A DNA stretch of 63,465 nucleotides, filler included, from Tricharina praecox (GCF_024521635.1; 6 parts of 6 records of this genome joined end to end with filler, not necessarily neighbours in it); one strand, 5' to 3'; positions 36,728 through 49,795 are shown, counted from the whole stretch's first letter. Numbers and translations are program-made. Notes: generated by a model from the letters alone, not told the origin.

Positions 36728-37789
36728 TTTTGTAGAGCCGCTTTCCGGCAGATGACGCTAGTTCATGACAGGAGCGGGATCCAGCGAAGCTGGATCCAGG
36801 GCAACACTGTCGCTGCCGTGCTGGTGAAGATTTGCATTGGGAGAGGGATTTCAAACTCTCTCGGCATGCTACCTTCACCATTGCCCCCTTAGGGGTCCAA
36901 AAGCCTTATAAGTAATTAGTATCCACTCGTGATCCTCTGTGATTGGTTAGGGTAGAAACATTTTCCAGTGTCTTCGAGGCTTTAGACACTCCAAATGTCG
37001 AGGACGAAGAGCGGTAACTATAGTGACGTTCCGGGTGCAGAGGTTGAGTGGAGGTGACCCGAATGTCGACTGGAATAGAGATGGAGTGAGGTGGAGGTGA
37101 AGTAGATATTGAGTGGAGTGGAGATGGAATGACGTGGTGGTTTAGCAGTGGAGGTCGTGGAAGGGCATTTTATAAAGAAATATTCAGCATTGCCAAGCCT
37201 AAATTGGCCAACGTAGTTTTTCCATACCCTAGGGTTTTATTGTCTGGATTTAACCCTAACCGGGTCATATTACTATTGTTTAGAGTTGAATCTTAGAGCC
37301 GCTAGTTGGTGGTTTCCGGTGATAGTGCTTTTTACCACATGATGCTTCTAATACACATGACTTTCGCCGCTGCTTGCTTGCTTGGCAATTTGTACTCACA
37401 CATCCTGCAGACTCATCCGCAGCAACAAGGTTCTAGAATACGAAAGGACGGTTAGTACTGAAGGCAAAAAGGTTTCATTCAACAACACGCGATTGTACTG
37501 GTATCCTCACTATCAACTTTCGCGGTATTCCATAGTTTGTGATACCGTCAGGAATTGATAGCTCCACCTCATAGAGTTCAACAATGTGCACTGTTAGGCC
37601 AGCCTATTGTCTCCTGCGACATCCTCCAGTGATAGCGGTCCGTTGTCAGTGTACTTTCAGGGCGCAGCGAACACCACTACAATGTGATACTTTTAAGTTT
37701 TCTTCAATTCATTGACTACGATGCTTTTATTCGCCTCCCATCCGTGGCTGTCTCACAACCCTAACCAGCTCCTCTCCTCGCTGTCACCT

Positions 37790-38430
37790 AACATTCTCGC
37801 AGGCAATCGAATGCTCGACGAGTGGGCCAACCTGGCGACGGGATCTCTGGACGAACAAGGAGTGGAATGGCTATTCTGCAATAAACTCTGGCGGCCTTTC
37901 TCGTTACCTAGACAACATGTCCACCTCTTCCGCAAGATTGTGAAGACGTAGTCGGAAGCCGCGGAGTAGTAGGCATAGTAAATATCACCGACGACTGCGA
38001 AAGAGAGGAGATACCACACGTAATACCAGATTGAGAGGAGCAACAACCCGGCTCCGGCGATAGCTTACTTTGACCCCCAGGCACTCACCTCAAGGACATG
38101 CCTTGCATCAGCAAGACAAGTGATGCGGGCTGCAGGTACTGCCACGACTCTCCTCGAGTAAGAAAGACGAGCACTCGACATGTGCTGCAGCGATTGGAAG
38201 GCACCGTAGATGCAACTATGGGCGGAAGAGGAAACGATTACCCGCATGGGGCGGGACTTCTGGCGAAGAGCAGACTTCTTTTCCGATGACGGGATCGCCA
38301 GAGCAATCCTTAGGTTCCTCCGAGACACGGACATCGGTAGAAGGATACCCGGGGAAAGGGAGAACAGTTCGCCACCAAGCGAGGTGTCGGGGGTGGGCTG
38401 GGTGTACAGAGGCGAGGAGTAGCAATCCAG
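37790..38430 (+). mobile_element. Degenerate 3' fragment of a non-LTR retrotransposon (Tad1/I-like LINE ORF2: RNase H end and Cys-rich C-terminus)
   Basis: AGNRMLDEWANLA...GVEW resembles the RNase H GNE-x-ADEWAK segment. Then GCRYC...TRHVL, LW and ARAILRFLRDTDIGRR, a typical fungal LINE terminus. Stops and frameshifts throughout. Confidence 0.7.
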
Positions 38431-38959
38431 GTCGAGGTGCAAGGGAAGAAGAGGAGCAGCGGGCGCCAGTGGCGCAAATTTGGTTCGCATTCTTTTGTGG
38501 CGTCCAATGACTAGTGTACGTCTCTCTCGCGAGCAGGGGACGGCGCCGGTTAGCTTGTATCGCGGCGGTGACTCTCCTCAGTGGTATCGTCGTGATGTGC
38601 GTAGGTCCATAGGTACGTCAATCGAAAGATTCCCCCCTACCGTCGCTCGCAATCTCACTGCGGTAAATACAAGGCCGCGTGAAGGCTATTGAAAGACCTA
38701 CAAGAAGTCTAGGTAGTTTATTTGGTGGATGCTGACCGCTTTCAACACCATCAATCGCCACGCACATGATGTGCTAGCCGAATGCCATGTTGAGAGTGTC
38801 GGAGGTAATCACGCCTGCACAAACGACCCTCACCTTCCAAGTGCTATTGACGTCGAGAAGTAGTTGAGGCTCTGCTACTCTTATAAAATGTTCGCCCACA
38901 ACCATCCTTTCCTCCTTCCTACTCCATACCTCCTGCCACCATCGCAATCCAGACAGCAA

Positions 38960-39141
38960 CAATCCCCCAAGCTTTCTTCATTTTCCCTACTACTTTTATC
39001 CCACATTGACGATGATGGACATGTGCTATTATGCACTGATCGGTGCTCCGCAATCCCCCAAGCTTTCTTCATTTTCCCTACTACTTTTATCCCACATTGA
39101 CGATGATGGACATGTGCTATTATGCACTGATCGGTGCTCCG
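38960..39141. repeat. Exact 91-bp tandem duplication at a contig end
   Basis: 38960-39050 equals 39051-39141. Confidence 0.9.
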
Positions 39142-39150
39142 CACTATGCT

Positions 39151-39250
39151 NNNNNNNNNNNNNNNNNNNNNNNNNNNNNNNNNNNNNNNNNNNNTTAATT
39201 AATTAANNNNNNNNNNNNNNNNNNNNNNNNNNNNNNNNNNNNNNNNNNNN
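39151..39250. other. Artificial contig spacer
   Basis: N44-TTAATTAATTAA-N44. Confidence 0.97.
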
Positions 39251-39284
39251 GCAACCGGGCTGGGCAAGTGCGAGGTGAGACTGA

Positions 39285-42200
39285 TGTCACGGCTCGCGAT
39301 AGAATGACTAAGAAAGAGTTGGCGCAAGGATCAGAAAAGTTGGAAGGCAGTGCACCGGCAGTGCATTGGCAGTGCAAGGACGAGTCGCAGAGGATTGGGG
39401 GCTGTGTGCAGGGAGCAGGGATAGCGCATTATAATGAGTCGCAGGGGATTGGGGCTGTGTGCAGGAAGCAGGGGTAGTGCGGCTGTGCAGGGTAGGGGTC
39501 ACAGAAGCGGGGTACTGGCAATGTGGATCTCTGAGGGTCTGGCACACGCCCACGGTAACTGTCAGGTTGAGGGAAATAATGGAATATTTTCTACATAAAC
39601 GGGTCATTGCCCCTCGTTATTTAGTTCTTCACACAACAACTTGTTAATTCAACAACTGTTACCTTTGTCCTGGCCTTGGCTGCCGTCTGCGCCGTAGTCT
39701 TTGTCCCTTCCTCTGTTCTCAGTTGCCGTCTGCACTGAGCCCTGCCTTGCCTTGTGTTCCGAACCTGTCTTGCCTCTGCCGAACCGATTACCTGATCACC
39801 CCTTCGGCTTCGCTACCTGGAGCCTTGCTGGACTGTGCCGTTACACTTTCTTGCGTTCTCCATATCTCCCGCCAGCAAACTACCATGGCCCACACACTCA
39901 AGTACCCAACCTTTCCTAGCAGAAGGAAGTACCGGTGGCACCCCCCTTCTGCCGAGAAATTACTGCCACCTTCTACGAACAACGCGAAATCATCGTTAAT
40001 CACGATGCACCCGCCGATGATGCAACCCTGATGGGGTTGTTCAACGGATTCAGAGTCCTCGCGCGCGCAAACACCCAGTCCCTGAGAGCGGTACCAACCT
40101 GGCAGTTCGACGATGTCGAAGAACAACTTACCGATGCCAGCCGGATCACCAACCGCCTCGCCACCGTCAAAGACTAACCTCAAAGCCGCGCTGAGCGTGT
40201 CCCAGAGCCCGCCATGTTTCACGGAACACGCGAAAAACCGGAGGGGTTCGTGGCGCCACTTCGACTTGCGCTATACAGCGACCCAGCCCGTTTCCCCACA
40301 CCAGCACTCCCAATGACCTATGCCATCAACAGCTTGAAAGCCCTCGCTCAAGCCCAGACACTGCTATACATTGAACACCACAACATCAACCTGACCGGCG
40401 CTGCTGCGATCATCGCACTCTTAAACAACGCGTTTGATGATCCCGACCCAGCGGCCACCGCTCGAGCCAGTTGCGTACAGTATTTCTCCACCAAGCGAAC
40501 TACCATGGCCACCAACACTCAGGTACCCGGCGTCCCCCAGCAGGAGGAAGTACCATTTGCACCCCCCTTCTAGCGAGAAATTCCCTCCGCCATCTAGGAA
40601 CAACTCGAAATGATCGTCAATCACGATGCACGTGCTGATGATGAAACCCTGATGGGGTTGCACAACAAATTCAGAATCCTCGCCCACGCAATTACGCTGT
40701 CCCCAATAGCGGCACTAATGTGGCGATTTGACGACCACGATGAACAACTTGCAGACGCCTGCCTCATCGCTAACCGCCTCGCCACCCGTCAAAACCCAAC
40801 CTCAAAGCGGAGCTGAGCGTGTTTCAGAGCCCGCCATTTTCGACGGAACACACGAGAAACTGGAAGGGTTCGTTGCACAACTTGGACTTAAGGTATACAG
40901 CTACCCAGCCTGTTTCCCCACTCCTGCACTCCGAATGGCCTATACCTTCAACCCCTCGGAAGGCCGCGCTCAAGTCCTGATCCTGCCATACATCAGGAAC
41001 CACAACATCACCCTCACCGTGGTTATGCGATCATCACACTTCTGAACAACGTGTTTGGTGACCCTGACACAGCGGCCACCGCTCAAGCGAAGCTGCACCA
41101 CCTGAAACGAGGCAATAAGGAATTCACCTCCTACTTTGCAGAATTTCAGATGCTTGTCTCCAAGCTCAATTGGGACGAGCATGCGAAACTTGACGCGCTG
41201 CAAGAAGGAGTATCCATTGAACTCCACCGGCAACTTGTGGGCCGTACTCAGGTTCTCAACTACGATGAGTATGTGGCCCTCTCTCAAGGCCTTGACTCCG
41301 AGCTGCGTGACCTCCAACTCCGTGAGGGACGCCGCACCACCAACCCCCCTTGGCAGAGTAGCGCCCCCAACCCATGGCGCCGCTCAGGTACACCATCCAG
41401 AACACCATGCCCCTAACGACCACTGCCACAGGAACGGCCCCCGGAGCCATGGACTTCAGTGCCAACAGCCGCAGTGTAATAAAGTACACTGGGAAAGTAC
41501 TATACCACTTTACCAAAAGGTATTTTGATGGCTGAAGACCATCATCCCAGTAGCTACTTAAGGCCAGGATTCTCTGAACTGTGACACGCATGATCTCAGA
41601 CCAAGAGCGTGCCGCCCGGCCCCACAAAGGCCGCTGTCTGTACTGTGGAGGAAATGGCCACATGGCTAGGCTCTGCCCCAACAAGAACCGAAATCTGTTC
41701 TGAGCAGCCGTTGCCCGGCTGGGGTCAGCCCAGCCCACCAACAGCACCTCGGCTCACCCCCATCACAACTGCAACCAGGATTGCGGCGACAACTCCCAGC
41801 AGGCGGGAAAAGCCTAAACTAACAAGCGCTTGATGGCACCGTTGTTGGTGGTATCCAGAATAACTCTTTGTCTCCTATGTCCCCTATATTTCGTTTGTGT
41901 AATCTCTCAGTGTCAGGAATGGTTGTGGAGGAATCATCAATGGAAGCAAAACATCTTGTTGTATTGTGTAACCTTTGGTTTGGTGACAAAACCATTGCCA
42001 CGCATGCGCTGATCAACTGTGAGGCGACTCGAATTGCATTTGTAGACCAAGACTTCGCCCGCAATCACCACTTACCCCTCGTACCCCTGAAATCCCCGCG
42101 CACCCTCGAAGTCATCAATGGCCGTCCCATCGAGCGAGCCGGCATCACACAAGTTGCCACTACCACTGTGTCCATACAGGAACACCACGAAGAAATCCCT

Positions 42201-45200
42201 ATGTTTGTCACCAAACTAGGCCACTACCCCGTTGTACTCGGAATCCCCTGGATGGACCTCAACGATGTGACCATCCGGTTCACCTCCCGGACCCTCACCT
42301 TTGGCTCCCACTACTGTACAGCCAACTGCAATGCGGTGCCCTGAGTTGCACATGGAATCACCCCCGATCCGCCTGGCGTATCTACCTATGCTCCCACCTC
42401 AAAAGCAGCTCAGGAAGAGCCAGCGGTAAGCGCGGTAGCCCGGAACATGGTGGCCTGCTGCATTACGTCTCCCCTAAGGATGAATAACCCAGAATGCACC
42501 AACCTTTGAAGGGAAAGCACAGTCAGAATCTCAGCCTTACGGATGGAGTCATTCCATGAACTGGTCGGTCAGCAAGAAAAGCCTCAAGGTTTTCAACACC
42601 ACGCTTGCCGAGGTCAACAGCGCACTGGAAGGAAACCAGGACCTTACGGCACATATCCCTCACGAATACCACTAGTTCGTACCGCTGTTCTTTGAAGCCC
42701 TTGCCCAGAACTTCACCCCGCACCGGCACCACGACCACAAGATTCCACACAGGGAGGAATTTATTCCCGGATACAGACCACTGTACACGCTCTGGAAAAC
42801 GGAGCTGATCGCAGTGAAGGAATGGCTTGACGACAACCTTAGCAAAGGTTTCATCTGTGCCTCTTCCTCTCCAACAGCATCGCCAATCCTGTTTGTCAAG
42901 AAACCGGACGGCTCCCTACACCTGTGTGTGGATTACAGGGGCCTGAACGACGGATCAATCAAGAAAAGGTACCCACTCCCACTCCTCCAAGAAACTCGGA
43001 TGCGGCTATCCGGGGCAAAATACTTCACCACCCTGGATATGCCCAGTGCCTACAACCTTGTACGGATGGCGGAAGGAGAAGAGTGGAAAATTGCCTTCCG
43101 GACACGCTATGTGTCTTCGAATCCTTTGTCATGCCTTTCGGTCTCACCAACGCCCCTGCCGGCTTCCCAGCTCTGATCAACAATGTGCTAAGCCCATTGC
43201 TTGACGAGTTCTTTACCGCATTCATCCATGACGTCTTCATTTACAGCGGATCCTTAGGTGAACACAGGAAACACGTCAGGAAAGTACTTCAGGCCTGATC
43301 AGCAGCCGGCCTACATCTCAAACCCGAAAAGTGTCGTTTCCACCAGACAGAGGACAGGTTTTTGGGACTGATCATCACAACGAACGGGATCAAGATGGAC
43401 CCAGCGAATACCGTCACCAATGTGGAATGCTTTCTGGGACTTGCGAACTTTTAATGGCGATTGATCCAAGACTGTTCCCAGGTGGTGTCCCCATTGACTG
43501 CGTTGACCAAGAAGGAGAATGCAAAGTATGTTCCCTTTGTGTGATCACGGCAACAGCAGAAAGCATTCCACAAATTGAAAACAGCATGCACCTCGGCCCT
43601 GATCCTCTGGCACTTTGACTGCGACCAGGAGATAGTAGTGGAAACTGACGCCTCCAACTACGTCTCCGCTCAAATCCTATCGCAGCACGACGGCGTGGGA
43701 CTCATGCACCCGGTGGCATTCTGTTGCAACACAAACTCCACGGCAGAATGCAACCAGGCGATCTACGACAAAGAACTCCTTGCAATGATCCGCGCGTTTG
43801 AGAAGTGGAGACCAAATCTGGAGGGCGCTCCTCACCCCATCCAAATCCTAAGCGATCACAAGGACCTGGAGTGTTTCATGACAACGAAACTATTCAACGG
43901 ACGACATGGCGATAATCAGAGATCCTTTTCCGTTTCCATTTGAAGATTGTTCACCGACCAGGGATATCGGGAGCACAACCAGATGCACTGACCAGGAGGT
44001 CAAGAGACCTCCCTAAAGTAGGGGATAAAAGACTGCTCGCCAACCAGCAGGCAGTCCTGAAAACGGATAACCTACCGGAAGAGCTCCGGTTGGCAGCAAC
44101 CAACACACCCCAACAAGACCGTCCCCTCCTCACGTCACTGATTATAGAAGGTTACGACATAGACTCCTGCCCAAATCGAATCCACGAGCTACTCCGAAAT
44201 GTTACACGCCACTCGAAGGAGATCTCCTTGGCTGAATACCGCGAAATCAACGGGCAGATGATCTACCGAGACTGCGTCTTTGTCCCAGTGTACGGCAGAC
44301 TCCGGCTACGAATGATCCAGGATCACCACAGCCCACCGGCCACGCGGCACCCAGGGCGTCCGAAAACGCTTGAACTGCTTGCCCAGAAGTACTACTGGCC
44401 CCAGATGCGAAAGGACGTTGACCAGTTTGTCCGAAACTGCCACCCCTGCCGGCCAACCAAGGCTACTCAGCACGCACTCTATGGTGTCCTGCGCCCCCTC
44501 CCGGTACCTGAGAAACCATGGTAACCCATCTCAGTCGACTTTGTCACTGGCCTACCGACCTTGAAGGGGTTTGACGCCATCTGTGTTTTTATTGACCGGC
44601 TTACCAAGCAACGGCATCTCCTGCCATGTACCACGATCATCACCTCAAAAGGATTGGCAGAGCTGTTCTGCGACCGGATCTTCAGGTACCAGGGGTTGCC
44701 AGAAACCATTGTACCGGATATGGCTCCCCAGTTTGCTTCGAGATTCTGGAAACAACAATGCTCATGTGTCAAGGTCAAGCCACGCCTGTTGACTGCATTG
44801 CACCCCCAGACCCACGGACGAACCGAACAAATGAACGATGTCATGGAACAACACCTCCACGCATATGTTGACTACCTTCAGGATGACTGGGTTGACTACC
44901 CTTCTGGCTGAATTCGCTGGCAACAACCAGGTGTCTGACACCACCACCTTATGCACATTGTTCGCGAGTGTAGGGTACCACCCAACGTGCGGCTGTCCGC
45001 AGGATATCCGTGCCAATACTACGGAGGAACAACAGGGCCAGAGTGCAGCGGAACAGTTGCACCAAATCCACGACGTGGCCCGCAGTGAAATGCGGTTAGC
45101 ACAGGCAAGGCAACAGGATGGCTCCAACCGAAAACAAATTCCTTCGCCAGCCTTCCAACCAGGCGACATGGTATCGGTGGATGGTAGGAACTGGCGCACT

Positions 45201-46181
45201 GAGAGACCCAGTCGCAAGCTGAAAAACACACCCCATGGTCCCTATCGCAGAATTCGGACAATCGAAACCCCTGCCTAATAATTGGACATCCCAGACACCG
45301 TTCGAAAGCTTCCAACATTTCCTGTATCCCTCCTTCACGCCACCGCTGACGATCCTTTCCCTGGACAAATTAGACCGCCACCACTTCCAGTAATCGTGGA
45401 CGAATAAGAAGAATGGGAGGTTGAAGAGGTTCTCGACAGCCGGAACCTTAGGGGTAAACTCCAGTACCTGGTGAAATGGAGGGGCTACGCGGCACCAACA
45501 TGGGAACCAGAGGAGAACCTTAACGAGGCACAAGCTGTGCACGGCTTTCATCCACAATACCCCATGCAGCCTGGACCAGTTGTACTTGCTCTGGTGAGAA
45601 GTCGAGGCTTGGGAAGAACTACTGGTACGACCCGCGATGGAATCACATTGGAACGGCCAGCGCAAGGACCGCAAGAGTTGACAGGCAGCGCACAGGTAGT
45701 GCACCGGCAGTCCAAGGATGAGTCCCAGATGATTGGGGGCTGTGTCCAGGGAGCAGGGATAGCGCAGTGATGAGTCGCAGGAGATTTAGGCTCTTTGCAG
45801 GAAGCAGGGGTAGTGCGGCTGCGCAGGGTATGAGTCACGGAAGCGGGGGTACTGGCAAGGTGGATTTCTCAGGGTCCGGCACACGCCCACGGTCATTGTC
45901 AGGTTGCGGGAAGTAGCGGCGGGTTTTCTACATAAACTGGCCATTGCCCCTCTGTATGTGGTTCTTCACGCAACAACTTGTTAATTCAATCACTGTTATC
46001 TCTGTGGTTGCATCTGCTGCCATCTACGCCGTAGTCCTTGTCCCTACCTATGTTCTCTTTTGCCTCCGCACTGAGCCCTGCCTTGCCTTGTTATCCAAAC
46101 CCGTGTTGCCTCTGCCGAACCCAGTACCCGGTCACCCGCCCGGCTTCGCCACCTGGAGCCTTGCTCGACCGTGCTGTTACA
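39285..46181 (+). mobile_element. Degenerate composite Ty3/Gypsy chromovirus: LTR 39285-39845, partial gag 39885-40469, second gag from 40505, pol (PR-RT-RH-IN-chromodomain), LTR 45623-46181
   Basis: TG...CA LTRs of ~560 bp; CLYCGGNGH knuckle; [25 protein letters not shown]...[14 protein letters not shown]...YLVKWRGY chromodomain. Many stops and frameshifts. Flanks ACTGA/GTCCC do not match, so it is a composite. Confidence 0.93.
41475..41586 (-). mobile_element. 112-bp foreign solo-LTR/TRIM-like insertion in gag
   Basis: Starts TGTAATAAAG and ends CTGTGACA; flanked by CGCAG/CGCAT (imperfect 5-bp TSD); absent from the other gag copies. Confidence 0.75.
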
Positions 46182-46548
46182 GTCCCAGTACGACAACGAA
46201 GGAATATTGCACCCTGTTGCTTTGCACTCAAAGAAACATGCTCCAGCGGCAAGCAACTACGAAATCTACAGCAAGGAATTGCTGGCAATCGTTTAGGTCT
46301 TTACGGAATGGAGATGACACCTAATAGGCGCCAAATTCGAGTTCTGAGCGACCACAAAATTTTCGAATGCTTCATGTCAACGAAGTTACTCAACCGCTGG
46401 CAAGTACGATGGTCAGAGTTCCTGTCAAGCTTTGACTCCAAAATCGTGTACCGACCAGGGAAAGCAGGAGGAAAACCGGGCCCATTGACTAGGAGGTCAG
46501 GAAACTTCCCTCAGGAGGGAGATATAAAACTGCTGGCGAACGAACAGG
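46182..46548 (+). mobile_element. Gypsy RNase H fragment (older host copy interrupted by the upstream LTR)
   Basis: [13 protein letters not shown]...LSDHK...RWSEFLS...YRPGKAGGKP. Confidence 0.85.
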
Positions 46549-47237
46549 TTGGGACAACCTGGTTGTATTTAGCCCGACTTCGGGGTCGGGCTTCTTACCA
46601 AAGGCAATTCGGCGAAAATACTTGGATAAGATCGGAGAGCAGGAGAAAAGAACCTTGAGATTAGCCGTAGCTAGTCAGAGACGAGATAGGAAGGAAAGAA
46701 GCAAACAGGATCAGTGTCTAGGTGGTGTCACGGCTCGCGACGGGACGTTCGAGGAAGAGTCGGAACAGGGGTGGGAAGGCAGCGCGGGGGCAGTGCAAGG
46801 GGCTGCGCGGGCGGCAATGCAGGAATGAGCCGGAGGAATTGGGGCTGTGTGCAGTAAGCAGGGGTAGTGCGGCTGCGCAGGGTATGATTCACGGAAGCGG
46901 GGTACTGGCAAGGTGGATTTCTCAGGGTCTGGCACACGCCCACGGTTATTGTCAGGTTGCGAGAAGAAGTGGAGGGTTTCCTATATAAACGGGCCGTTGC
47001 CCCTCTGCACTTAGTTCTTCACGCAACAACTTGTTAATTCAATCACTGTTACCTCTGTCCTTGCCTCGGCTGCCGTCGGCGCCGTAGTCCTTGTCCCTGT
47101 CTCTGTTCTCAGTTGCCGTCCGCACTGAGCCCTGCCTCACCTTGTCCTCTGAACCCGCCTTGCCTCTGCCAAACCTAGAACCCGATCCCCAGCCCGGCTT
47201 CGCTACCTGGAGCCTTGCCCGACCGTGCCGTTACACT

Positions 47238-47246
47238 TTGTTGCGT
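47238..47246 (+). promoter_or_regulatory. Self-priming-type primer binding site TTGTTGCGT, complementary to ACGCAACAA at 47021-47029 in the LTR
   Basis: Perfect 9-bp complementarity; no TGG tRNA-type PBS follows the LTR. Confidence 0.8.
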
Positions 47247-47274
47247 CGCCCATCTCTCCACCTAGGGAAGAACC

Positions 47275-48459
47275 ATGGCCACCAATACCCCAGCACCAGA
47301 CACTCCCCAGCAGGAGGAAGTACTGGTGGCACCCCCCTACTGTCGAGAAATTCCCGCCACTGCCTACGAACAACTCGAGATCATCGTTAACCACAACTCA
47401 CCCGTTGACAATGCAACACTGTCGGGGTTGTATAACCAGTTCCAAATCATAGCCCGTGCAATCACCCAATCCCACACAGCAGCACCCACCTGCCGACTAG
47501 ACGACCTCGAAGAACAACTTGCCAACTCCCGCCGTATCGCCAACCGTCTCGCCACACTAGAAACCCAACCCCAGGGCCGCGCCGAGCGCGTCCCGGAGCC
47601 AGCCATGTTCGATGGCACTCGAGAGAAGCTCGAAGGGTTCGTTGCCCAGCTTCGACTCAAACTGTACAGCGACCCTACCCGTTTCCCGTCCCCAGCACTC
47701 AGAATGGCCTACACCTTCAACCGTCTCGAAGGCCGTGCCCAAGCCCAGATACTGCCGTATATCCAGAACAACGTGATCAGCTTGACCGACGCCGATGCCA
47801 TGGTCACCATCCTCGAAAACGCCTTCGGCGATCCCGACCCAGCAGCCACCGCACGCGCCGAACTTCACCGCCTCAAGCAAGGAAACAAGGACTTTACGTC
47901 TTACTTTGCGGAGTTTCAAAGACTCGTGTCCAAGCTGAACTGGGACGAGCATGCCAAACTCGACGCACTCCGCGAAGGAGTCTCCATCGAGCTCCACCGA
48001 CAACTGGTGGGCCGCACTCAGGGACTCACCTACAACCAGTTCGTGGCTATCTGCCAGAGCCTCGACTCCGAGCTACGTGCCCTCCAACTGCGTGAAGGCC
48101 GCCGCAACCCCCCGTGACAAAACCCCACCCCGCAACCCCCAGCTCCGCCGAGGAATCAAACGCATAACAGTACACCACCGGCAACCACTGCAACCGGAAC
48201 AGCCCCAGGGGCTATGGATCTCAGCGCGAACACTCGCAAGATCTCTGATCAAGAACGAGCTGCGCGTCTCCGCGAGGGTCGCTGCCTATACTGTGGAGGC
48301 AGTGGCCACATGGCCCGACACTGCCCCAACAAGAATTGGAACCCTTTTCGTGCCGCAGCTGAACAGCTGACGCCCGAGCAACCTGGAAAACCGACTCCCG
48401 ACCACCCGTACCACAATTGCAACCAGAATTGTGGCGATAACTAAGGGCAGTCGGGAAAA
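47275..48459 (+). CDS. gag: Retrotransposon Gag with CCHC zinc knuckle (in-frame stops at 48115 and 48442)
   Basis: ORFs 47275..48117 and 48214..48444 share a frame. PAMFDGTREKLEGF, LKQGNKDFTSYFAEF, CLYCGGSGHMARHC. Confidence 0.9.
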
Positions 48460-48497
48460 GCCTACACCAACAACTGCTTGATGGCACGGTTGTTGGT
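48453..48497 (+). promoter_or_regulatory. -1 programmed ribosomal frameshift signal (G GGA AAA, 6-nt spacer, 11-bp stem-loop)
   Basis: The heptamer is in gag phase. Stem ACCAACAACTG 48466-48476 pairs with CGGTTGTTGGT 48487-48497. The -1 frame is open into pol (GKSLHQQLLDGTVVGR...LSNLSVSG). Conserved near 41805 and 55441. Confidence 0.88.
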
Positions 48498-48542
48498 CGT
48501 ACCCAGGATAAGTCTTTTTCTCCCTTTTCTGCTCGTTTTCGT

Positions 48543-49795
48543 TTGTCCAATTTGTCAGTGTCTGGGATGGTAGTGGAGGAATCATCAATGGAAGGAAAAC
48601 ATCTCGTTGTGCTATGTAACCTTTCGTTTGGTGACAAAACCATTGCCACGCATGCGCTGATCGATTGTGGAGCAACCGGAATCGCCTTTGTAGACAAAGA
48701 CTTTGCCCACCATCACAATTTACCCCTCGTACCCCTAGAATCCCCACGCACCCTTGAGGTCATCGACGGCCGCCCCATCGAGTCAGGCAACATCACTCAC
48801 GTTGCCACCACCACCCTGTCAATCCAAGAGCACCACGAAGAACTCCCGATGTTCGTCACCAAACTAGGGCACTACCCAATCGTACTCGGAATTCCCTGGA
48901 TGGATTTACACGGCATGGCCATCCGGTTCAGCTCCCGCACCCTCACCTTTGGTTCCCAATATTGCACTGCACACTGCAACATAGTACCTACAGTAGCCCA
49001 CGGTATCACCACGGACCCACCGGAACTACCGTACGCTCTCGCACCAAACGTAGCTCTGGAGGAGCCAGCGGTAAGCGCGGTGGCCGGCGACATCGTGGCC
49101 CGATACGTTACGTCTCCCCAGATCAATGAACACCAGCAGGATGCTAACCAGAGAAAACCCACGGTCAGAATCTCAGCCCTCCGAATGAAGTCTTTCCAGC
49201 AGATGGCAGGAAAGGAGAACCTCACCATCTTCACCACGACCCTGAGGGAGATCAATGAAGTTCTATCTGAAGAAAAACAGAGCTTAACCGCCCACATTCC
49301 CCCCGAATATCACGAATTTCTCCACCTCTTCTCCGAAAGGTTGGCGCAGAACCTACCACCCCATCGGCAATACGACCACAAGATCCCACTAAAGGAAGGA
49401 TTTGTGCCCCCTTACGGACCCCTCTATTCGCTCTCGAAAACCGAGCTGGTCGCACTCAAGGAATGGCTTGACGACAATCTGAGCAAGGGATTTATCCGTG
49501 CGTCCTCATCACCAGCGGCATCACCGATCCTGTTCGTCAAAAAATCAGACGGCTCCTTGCGACTGTGTGTGGACTATCGAGGCCTGAACGAAGGAACCAT
49601 CAAGAACCGCTACCCACTTCCCCTGCTCCAGGAAACCTTGATGCGACTGTCCGGTGCAAAGTATTTTACAACACTGGATATCCGCGGTGCTTACAATCTG
49701 GTACGAATGGCAGAAGGGGAGGAATGGAAAACGGCCTTCCGGACCCGCTACGGACTTTTCGAATCATTGGTAATGCCTTTCGGGCTAACCAACGC
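48543..49795 (+). CDS. pol: Pol: aspartic protease (LIDCGATG) and RT N-terminal half, partial
   Basis: Open ORF with [60 protein letters not shown]. Confidence 0.95.

Larger units (their letters stand above)
46726..49795 (+). mobile_element. Ty3/Gypsy chromovirus 5' half: 510-bp LTR 46726-47235, gag, protease, RT (cut by the contig end)
   Basis: LTR TGTCACGG...CCGTTACA with TATATAAA at 46982; gag ATG 47275; pol ORF 48543 onward. Confidence 0.96.

Noticed and set aside
38960..39141. 91-bp direct repeat as a CRISPR or LTR pair
   Set aside because: Two adjacent units with no spacer, at a contig end; a simple tandem duplication or assembly artefact.
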